64,000 nucleotides of DNA from Candidatus Poribacteria bacterium (lineage in GTDB: Bacteria > Poribacteria > WGA-4E > GCA-2687025). Shown here piece after piece: positions 57,095 through 64,000 of this stretch. The notes beneath the pieces are model-generated. The model was not told where the DNA came from. It worked only from the letters and a program-made list of their open reading frames with translations, and made no database searches. Numbering within the stretch: position 1 is the first letter of the stretch; each line of letters opens with the position of its first letter. Location: assembly GCA_963665845.2 (NCBI GenBank), contig OY762492.1:800001-864000 (forward strand). Direction: 5' to 3'. The position numbers and the translations under genes were made by a program.

Positions 57095-59530
57095 CTAGAA
57101 ACGCATCGACAAGCCGATGAGCGGAATAATCGGGAGCTGGTAGATTTTTTCTTCGGCTGAATAATCGTCGTTGTAGCTGATGTCGAGAACGTTGCGGCGG
57201 TAAAGCGCGTTCAAGACTTCCAGATACGCCCCGATCTCCGCCCCCGCCAGCGTCCAGTTGCGGGAAGCCCGCACATCCAGACGGCTATAGTAAGGCAGCC
57301 GCGCCGAGTTGGTCGCGCCGTACACCGGCTCGTACCGATACCCGCCTGCGCCGTCTATAGCAAGGTTCGCGTCCACAACAGGCGTATAAGGCAGCCCCGT
57401 CGCATAATGCCATTTGAACCCGATCTCCCACTTCGGGCTGGGCGCCAGAACGGCGGCGACTGTCGCGACATGCGTCTGGTCAAAACTGAACAGCCGCTCT
57501 TCCTCGTCGGGGCTGTCTTTGCGGGCGGAGCGCCCGTAGGCGTAGCTGAACCAGCCGAGGAGTTTTTCGGACGGGCTGTATTTGGCAAACAGCTCCACGC
57601 CGCGCGCCGTCCCTGTCCCTTGGTTGATGTAGATGTCCACCGGGTCGGAGATGGCGAGGCCGCTTTGCCGCTTCTGGTACGCCGCCGCCTTGATTTTCAG
57701 CGATTCTCCGATCTGCCGTTCCGCTTCGGCGATGAAATGAACGGCGCGGCGCGATTTCAGCCCCGAGTTCCCCCACGGCTCCAGTATCTGATACGGCTCC
57801 GGGCTTTGGCTGTACAACCCCCATGCGAGCCGCAGCGACGATTCGTCCGACGGCGCGTAGGAGAGGCTGAGGCGCGGGTCAAGGTTCACATCGCGCGTGA
57901 GGTTGAAACGCTGTATGCGCGCGCCGACGGTCGCTTTGACCGTGTCGGACAGCGAGGCGGTGTCCTTGAGATAGGCGGAGAGCCGGATCATCGGCTGGGT
58001 CGACTCGGCGCGTATCTTTTCGGCATCGACAAAATCGGGCGCCTCGGAGCCTTCGTCCGGCGGACGCGCGAAGAAGGAGCTGACGCTGGAGGTTCCCGCG
58101 TACATTTCAGCCCCCGCTTCAATCAGATGCGCGTCGTTCAGCGGATATACAAGGTCTTCCCGAAGCGTCCACATGTTCTGGTTTATTTTCAGAAAAAAGC
58201 CCTGCCCGATGGTGAAATCGAACGCGAACAGGTTCTGCGCCAATGTCGTGTCCAGAACGCCGCCGTTCTCTAAGCGGCTTTCAAGCGTCGCGCCGCGCCC
58301 GGCGAAGCTGTACTTGTAGCGCAGATCGCCCGCCAGCTCCGGGTCTTCAGTTACATCCTCATCTTTCAGGAACAGCTGCATGAAATCCTGCGAGCCGAAG
58401 GCGGACACCCGTAAAAACTGCGTCGGCGACAGGTCGTACTCCGCGCCCGTTTGATAATCCCAGAAGCGCGGAAACGCGGTGATCGTGTCGATGTTCAGAA
58501 CTTTGGGAAGTATCAGGTCGTAGTAGCTGCGCCGACCCGCCAGATACGCCGTCCCGTCCGCGCCCAGCGGCGTCGACAGAAACCATTCCGACAGCAGCAG
58601 ATTCAGGTTCGATTTCAGCCCGGCGCTCCGCTTCTCCAGCCGTCTCGGCGCAATTTCAATGACCGCCTGCGCCTCGCCGTATTCGGCTCCGAAGCCGCCC
58701 GCATGCACATCGATGCGGTCGATGATTTCGCTGCTGATGGTTGAGATAAGCCCGCCGAAATGGTACGGGTACCCTAGCGCAATGCGGTCAAAGTAGTATT
58801 TGTTTTCTTCAGAGCTTCCGCCGCGTATGTACAGTTCGCCGCTTAGGTCGTTCGCGGTGGCGACGCCCGGCATGGAGCGGAGCGCCCGGAGGGCGTCGCC
58901 TCCTGTGCCGGGGAGGCGTCGTATGTCGGCGCCGCTGATGGTCGCCTTGCCAGGTTTTATGACAGGCGGGCGCGTTCGGACGCCGGGGTCCAGATCCGGC
59001 GCCGCCGTCCGTTCGGCGCTGATCCGCTCCCGTTCGGGCGGATTGAGCCGCGCGGCGGGAAGGCTTGAAGTTGTCAAGAGAGCGGGCGTTTGCGAGGGGC
59101 GCATCGCCGGCGGATTCGCCGTCATGGGTTTGAATTCGGGCGGATCGGGCTGGCTCGCAGGCGGCGCGGCGCGCAAAGCGGCAGGCTCCCGTAGAAGCTG
59201 CGCCGTTTCAACGATCCCCCCGCCGCCGTCTCCGTACGCCGGGGCAATCTGAATGACCCCGACCCCGTCCTGCCGCGAGCCGTAGAGCAGCTGCGCCGGC
59301 GCGCCGCTTCGAACAGCCGCCTCCATCTTCGTTTTTGGCAGTTCAGGGCGGTCGCGCCGCATGGACGGCTTCCGTTTTTTTTCTTCAGTAAGAACGATCT
59401 CCGGCGCCTCCGTGTCCAGCATTTTCACCCGCTCAATGATGAAGGTGAGCGCCAGAAAGACGCCGATGATGAGATGCGCCGCGAGCGACAGAAGAAAGGC
59501 TGCGCTGCTTCGTTTGCGCCGCATGTTCAT
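57095..59530 (-). CDS. TonB-dependent receptor with TonB-like N-terminal anchor and Pro-rich linker
   Basis: Plug LPGTGGDALRAL..PGV..YIRGG..GGFGAEYG; barrel ending in F; N-terminal LSLAAH TM. Confidence 0.88.
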   Translation of the reverse strand: MNMRRKRSSAAFLLSLAAHLIIGVFLALTFIIERVKMLDTEAPEIVLTEEKKRKPSMRRDRPELPKTKMEAAVRSGAPAQLLYGSRQDGVGVIQIAPAYGDGGGGIVETAQLLREPAALRAAPPASQPDPPEFKPMTANPPAMRPSQTPALLTTSSLPAARLNPPERERISAERTAAPDLDPGVRTRPPVIKPGKATISGADIRRLPGTGGDALRALRSMPGVATANDLSGELYIRGGSSEENKYYFDRIALGYPYHFGGLISTISSEIIDRIDVHAGGFGAEYGEAQAVIEIAPRRLEKRSAGLKSNLNLLLSEWFLSTPLGADGTAYLAGRRSYYDLILPKVLNIDTITAFPRFWDYQTGAEYDLSPTQFLRVSAFGSQDFMQLFLKDEDVTEDPELAGDLRYKYSFAGRGATLESRLENGGVLDTTLAQNLFAFDFTIGQGFFLKINQNMWTLREDLVYPLNDAHLIEAGAEMYAGTSSVSSFFARPPDEGSEAPDFVDAEKIRAESTQPMIRLSAYLKDTASLSDTVKATVGARIQRFNLTRDVNLDPRLSLSYAPSDESSLRLAWGLYSQSPEPYQILEPWGNSGLKSRRAVHFIAEAERQIGESLKIKAAAYQKRQSGLAISDPVDIYINQGTGTARGVELFAKYSPSEKLLGWFSYAYGRSARKDSPDEEERLFSFDQTHVATVAAVLAPSPKWEIGFKWHYATGLPYTPVVDANLAIDGAGGYRYEPVYGATNSARLPYYSRLDVRASRNWTLAGAEIGAYLEVLNALYRRNVLDISYNDDYSAEEKIYQLPIIPLIGLSMRF

Positions 59531-59559
59531 GCTTCGTTCCTTGCCTCCGTTGCGTCGGT

Positions 59560-60774
59560 TTAGTCGTCGGCGGCGCGCGGGTCGCCCTTGAGCGTGATGA
59601 TCGGCTCCAGCGTGTGGACAGGCTCAATCAGGTCGGTCTGCCGCTGGATCACCTCATGAATGTTTTTATAGGACTGCGGCGCCTCGTCCACATATCCGCG
59701 GGCGGGGCGCGTGTAGGTGTGCGCGAGCGCGTTTTCATAGTCGTTCTGGTCGATGGTCTTCCGCGCCTTCGTCCTGGACATAACGCGCCCGGAGCCATGC
59801 GAGCATGAGCGGAAGCTGTCGGGGTTGCCGCGCCCTTTTACAATGTAGGACGGCGTTCCCATAGAGCCTGGGATGATGCCGATCTCGCCGTCTTGGGCGG
59901 AGGTGGCGCCTTTTCGGTGAACGACGACGCTCTCGCCGCCATGGTTTTCGATGCGGGCGAAATTGTGGTGGATATTGACGCCGCGCCCGCGCACATCCGC
60001 TTCGGCGCTTTCGCCCTTAAACAGCTCAAAAAACTGTTCAACGGCGCGCTCCAGCATGCGCCAGCGGTTCTCAAGGGCGAAGCGCACCGCCCAGCCCATG
60101 TCATGCAGATAGTCGTCGAACAGGCGGCTGTCCGCGCGCAGATAGGCGAGATGGGTCGGATATTTCGTCCTGGAACGCGCCAGCAGCGCCTCCGCCTGGC
60201 GGTTGTAATGCTCGGCGATGCGGTAGCCCGTGTGCCGGGAGCCGGAATGTACCATGAACCATACGCGTCCGTTTTCGTCCGTTTGCGCCTCCACAAAATG
60301 GTTGCCGCCGCCGAGCGTTCCGAGCTGAAGACGCGCTCTTTGTTCAAGATAGGTTTGAACGGGCTTGGCGCGCAGGTCAATATTGAACCCGTTCCAGGGC
60401 TGTTTCTTTTTAAACCAGTTGAAGCCGACCGGTATCGTTTGGAGCGCCGCTTTTTCCCATGTCCGCCAGAATTGCGGTTCGCCGCCGTCTATTTCGTTCA
60501 GCCGCTCTCGGCGTACGCCCGTGTTGTAGGCGCTGATGCCGCAGCCGATGTCGACGCCGACGATGTTCGGGACGACCGCGTCCTTCGCCGGCACAACGCT
60601 GCCGATGACGGCTCCCTTGCCGAGATGGACATCCGGCATGACCGCGATATGCTGATGGATAAACGGCAGCCCGCCCATCTGATGCAGCTGCTTCTGTGAC
60701 AATGTTTCGATCTCTTCAAGGTTGTCGACCCAGACCTTGATGAGCGTTCCGCCGCTTGTTCTGAATTCGACCAT
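59560..60774 (-). CDS. rtcB: RNA ligase RtcB
   Basis: MPDVHLG, GVDIGCG, GTLGGGNHF, HSGSR, HHN, HRKGA, PGSMG, SHGSGR, DEAP..YK. Confidence 0.96.
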   Translation of the reverse strand: MVEFRTSGGTLIKVWVDNLEEIETLSQKQLHQMGGLPFIHQHIAVMPDVHLGKGAVIGSVVPAKDAVVPNIVGVDIGCGISAYNTGVRRERLNEIDGGEPQFWRTWEKAALQTIPVGFNWFKKKQPWNGFNIDLRAKPVQTYLEQRARLQLGTLGGGNHFVEAQTDENGRVWFMVHSGSRHTGYRIAEHYNRQAEALLARSRTKYPTHLAYLRADSRLFDDYLHDMGWAVRFALENRWRMLERAVEQFFELFKGESAEADVRGRGVNIHHNFARIENHGGESVVVHRKGATSAQDGEIGIIPGSMGTPSYIVKGRGNPDSFRSCSHGSGRVMSRTKARKTIDQNDYENALAHTYTRPARGYVDEAPQSYKNIHEVIQRQTDLIEPVHTLEPIITLKGDPRAADD

Positions 60775-60933
60775 GCCGTTCTCCGCGCTCTTGAGTTGCC
60801 CGCTTCTCTAATCATAACATAAAAAGGGGCGTATCGACAGCGGACGCGGCGTTTTAAGTTGGGATGCGGCGCAAAAAGCCTTTCTATTGGTAAAAAGGCT
60901 TCGATTGCAGCGCATTATTTCGCGCCATCGGTT

Positions 60934-61929
60934 TCAACTGAAACGGAGAATTTTGACGTCCGCTTGTTCAGCTTTTTCGATCTGCGGATCGGAGATGTTG
61001 TATCCTGCAACCGAAGCGAACGCCCGCTTTCCCAGTACGCGCTGTATGATGTCGGCCGATTTGGCGGCGCGTTCAATATCGTCGTCGTTGATGGTAGCGG
61101 AGATTTCAAGCGCGACCCAGACCTCATCGTGTTCGCCGTTCCATGTGAACGCCTTGAGTATAAGGTCTGTATTCCATATGCGCGCATATTCTTCCTCTGT
61201 CAAACGCCCCTCATCTTTCGCGTCATCCAGGTCCTCCATAAGATTCCTGTCCATGTCGTGCAGGACGCTCCACAAAATCGTATGGCGGCGAAGATTCCAT
61301 TTTGTGCGGAGACGCGCGCCGATTTTTTTCGGCATCATCCTTTCCAGATCGTTGCCCCAAAGATGATCCGTTCGGCTTTCCACCGCCTTTGTTCGGCTTT
61401 CTATCGCCTCTGTTCGGCTTTCCACCGCCTTTACGTGGTTTTCCACCGCCTTCAGTTGATTTTGAATCGGTAAAAGAAAGGCGCCGAGCTCCTGCAGCCG
61501 CATAAATTCCGCTTCAAGCGTTTCTATCTTGGCTAAAGCGCGGCGCATCGGCTCCCGTATCCTTGCCAACGCTTCGTTTTGCGCCGCCGATCGTACCGTC
61601 GTATACACATTTTCCGCCGCCTTAAACTCTTCCCACAGCCGCAACTTTTCATCTGGAGCAACCGCCGGGTCCAGCTTTGCGCCCGCATACGCTTCCCTCT
61701 TGACATCCATCTCCGCGCGCGCCGCTACCACCCTTGCATTTTGATCCGCCTCCGCGTTGATCATCCGATCCAGCTCGCCCGTTTCGGCTTTCTCCAAAAG
61801 CGCAGCCGTCTCTCGATCATATTCCTCGCGGGCGTTTTCTAAAGCCTTTTTAATGCGGTCAAAACGCGCTCGAAAGTCCTCCGGGTCTTCAATCAGCCAC
61901 ATGGCGCTTTCCCAGTCGTCCCGCTGCAT
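60934..61929 (-). CDS. coiled-coil protein with PD-(D/E)xK-like C-terminal domain
   Basis: Heptad repeats KAVESRT; C-terminal TDLILKA...VALEIS...DDIERA; start at MQRDDW. Confidence 0.75.
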   Translation of the reverse strand: MQRDDWESAMWLIEDPEDFRARFDRIKKALENAREEYDRETAALLEKAETGELDRMINAEADQNARVVAARAEMDVKREAYAGAKLDPAVAPDEKLRLWEEFKAAENVYTTVRSAAQNEALARIREPMRRALAKIETLEAEFMRLQELGAFLLPIQNQLKAVENHVKAVESRTEAIESRTKAVESRTDHLWGNDLERMMPKKIGARLRTKWNLRRHTILWSVLHDMDRNLMEDLDDAKDEGRLTEEEYARIWNTDLILKAFTWNGEHDEVWVALEISATINDDDIERAAKSADIIQRVLGKRAFASVAGYNISDPQIEKAEQADVKILRFS

Positions 61930-61975
61930 CTTCCGCTCCAAACCCAGCCCCTTTAATAAAGTATAGCATAGAACT

Positions 61976-62143
61976 CTGACCTCACGTCTTAAGTTGGGAC
62001 ATGTCGGCATGGGAACGCGGACGTCTTCTGCAACGCCTCTAGATTCCCGCTTACGCGGGAATGACGGTTTGGTTAGCGGCGCCTTTTTCCCATGAATAGA
62101 GCGATCGTCAGTTCAAATGTCCCAACTTTCAGCATGAGGTCAG
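61976..62143. mobile_element. MITE-like element type A (168 bp)
   Basis: CTGACCTCACGTCTTAAGTTGGGACA ... TGTCCCAACTTTCAGCATGAGGTCAG; flanked by TAGAACT on both sides; truncated second copy starts at 62149. Confidence 0.8.
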
Positions 62144-62273
62144 TAGAACTGACCTTATGTCTTAGTTGGGACATGCCGGCATGACGTCTTACCGCAAAGG
62201 CGGACGTCGTTTGCGGCGCCTCTGGATTCCCGCTTGCGCGGAAGGAAGAGGAGCGCTATATTAATTATAACGT

Positions 62274-62810
62274 ATGAAAACAAAACGTCTGAAACCCAAA
62301 TCGACCGCCCTTCTGCTCATCGACGCGCAGGAGCGGATCATGCCCGCGATGCATGACCCCGTACGCGCCCTGAACGGAATGCGGGTTGCGGTTCTGGCGG
62401 CATTGAAGCTCGGTCTGCCGGTGCGCGTGACGGAGCAATACCCGAAGGGGCTTGGACGGACGATGCCGAAGCTGATCGACGCTCTCGGCGAAGCATATCA
62501 GCCCATCGAAAAAACGCGCTTCTCGGCGGGAGACGCCATGCGGGGCGTTGAAACTGAAAGCGTTCTTCTGTGCGGAATCGAAGCCCACGTGTGCGTCTTG
62601 CAGACGGCTCTAGACCTGATCGACGCGGGCTATCATGCGTTTACGCTGGTGGACGCGGTCGACTCCCGCTCACCGCAAAACAAGCGCCTCGGACTGGAGC
62701 GGATGCGCCAGAGCGGAGCTGTCCTTCTGTCGACCGAAACGGCGCTGTTTGAGCTGATGCAAGACGCGCGGCATCCGCGGTTCAAGGAGCTGCAGGGGTT
62801 GATCAAGTGA
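62274..62810 (+). CDS. isochorismatase family hydrolase
   Basis: LLLIDAQER, TEQYPKGLG, EKTRFS, GIEAHVCVLQT. Confidence 0.92.
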   Translation: MKTKRLKPKSTALLLIDAQERIMPAMHDPVRALNGMRVAVLAALKLGLPVRVTEQYPKGLGRTMPKLIDALGEAYQPIEKTRFSAGDAMRGVETESVLLCGIEAHVCVLQTALDLIDAGYHAFTLVDAVDSRSPQNKRLGLERMRQSGAVLLSTETALFELMQDARHPRFKELQGLIK

Positions 62811-62829
62811 GCGCAGGACGTTTTACCGC

Positions 62830-63711
62830 ATGGGGCAGCGCAGGATGAACCTAGACCAGTTTTACGCCTATCCGCCCGGCGCGTTTTTGCCGGGGACGCA
62901 GATCGAAATACGCGGCAAGGCTGCCGCTCTGGGAAAGGCGCGGTCGGCGCTGTTCGATTTTGACGGAACCATCTCGCTCATACGCTCCGGCTGGCAGGAT
63001 GTGATGGTTCCGATGATGGTCGAAACGCTTCAAGAAGCAAGCGGCGGCGAACCGCCCGACGCGCTGGAGCGGCTTGTCCGCGAGTTTGTCGACAAACTGA
63101 CCGGCAAGCAAACCATTTTTCAGATGATGCGCCTCGCCGAAGAGGTGAAAAAACGGGGCGGAGAACCCTTAGAGCCTCTGGAGTATAAACGCCGATATAA
63201 CGACCTGCTCATGGAGCGCATCGGAAAACGGCGCGAAGCGCTGAAAGACGGAACGGCGCGCCCAGAAGACCTGACAATGCCGCGCGCCGCCGAACTGCTG
63301 GAGCGGTTGAGAGCGCGCGGCATCTCCCTGTACCTTGCAAGCGGCACCGATTACGAGTATGTTTGCGAGGAGGCGGAGATGCTTGGCGTCGCGGACTATT
63401 TTGACGGCGGCGTCTACGCGGCGCAGGAGCGCGTCGAAGACTTTTCAAAAGCGCAGGTCATACGCCAGATGCTGCGCGAACATGCATTGAGCGGACCGGA
63501 GCTGCTCTCCTTCGGCGACGGCTATGTGGAGATACTGAACGCGAAGGAGGCCGGCGGGCTGGCGGTCGGCGTCGCCTCGGACGAGGTCGGAAAAGTGAAC
63601 GTGAACGAATGGAAACGCAACAGGCTCATACAGGCGGGCGCCGATCTGATTGTCCCGGGCTATGCGGAGATGGAGCGGATGCTGGCGTATCTACTGGACG
63701 GGGAGAGATGA
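62830..63711 (+). CDS. HAD family hydrolase
   Basis: FDFDGT, LASGT, K, FGDG..E. Confidence 0.9.
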   Translation: MGQRRMNLDQFYAYPPGAFLPGTQIEIRGKAAALGKARSALFDFDGTISLIRSGWQDVMVPMMVETLQEASGGEPPDALERLVREFVDKLTGKQTIFQMMRLAEEVKKRGGEPLEPLEYKRRYNDLLMERIGKRREALKDGTARPEDLTMPRAAELLERLRARGISLYLASGTDYEYVCEEAEMLGVADYFDGGVYAAQERVEDFSKAQVIRQMLREHALSGPELLSFGDGYVEILNAKEAGGLAVGVASDEVGKVNVNEWKRNRLIQAGADLIVPGYAEMERMLAYLLDGER

Positions 63712-64000
63712 CCCCTTACCCCAAATTTGACCGTTCGCGCATTGTGTTGAAGCCGTTGAGCGAGCGGGCGCATGACCTAGACCTGTCGGCGTTGGCGGAT
63801 CTGGAAGAGCCTATCGAGACGTTGGACGCCGCGTCCGAGGCGAAGATGGAGCGGGTCGCCCGGCGGATGATTCAAGCGCGCGAGATCGGCGCCGCATCGA
63901 TGCTCATGATGGGCGCGCATGTTCTGCGGGCGGGCGTTCAGCGTCATCTGATCGACCTGATGGAGCGCGGGCTGCTGACGCATATCGCCATGAACGGCGC
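63708..64000 (+). CDS. deoxyhypusine-synthase-like hypothetical protein, partial
   Basis: Manual translation MTPYPKFDRSRIVLKPLSER...MMGAHVLRAGVQRHLIDLMERGLLTHIAMNG; ATGA overlap with the HAD gene. Confidence 0.65.
   Translation, partial: MTPYPKFDRSRIVLKPLSERAHDLDLSALADLEEPIETLDAASEAKMERVARRMIQAREIGAASMLMMGAHVLRAGVQRHLIDLMERGLLTHIAMNG

Overview
High-GC bacterial chromosome segment with about 48 CDS and one tRNA. The gene content (DUF1549/1553, sulfatases, PQQ-like propellers, CRTAC1/ASPIC, PorV-like plus FlgD/T9SS-type CTD protein) is reminiscent of Poribacteria/PVC-like marine lineages; this taxonomy is only an inference. Housekeeping blocks include hrcA-grpE-dnaJ-prmA (no dnaK), fmt-PASTA-rpe-mtaB, pyrG, a phosphomannomutase, rfaE2, rtcB and tRNA-Gly(CCC). 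Intergenic DNA is dense with CGTC/dRS3-like palindromes, several carried inside small TIR-bounded MITE-like elements. Most notable: (1) a secreted redoxin-TPR selenoprotein split by the ORF caller at an in-frame UGA (WASW-U-G-C) followed by a SECIS-like hairpin; (2) a sigma54 promoter with upstream palindromes in front of an RpoS-like sigma70 gene, next to an NtrC-type activator lacking GAFTGA; (3) a TonB-dependent receptor with a TonB-like SxxxH membrane anchor; (4) a ~2500-aa CTD-bearing surface protein paired with a PorV-like barrel; (5) gene-boundary duplications (71-bp promoter, 93-bp gene 3' end, tandem CPBP genes). No transposase, integrase, CRISPR array or rRNA is visible. All family assignments come from motif recognition by eye, not database searches.
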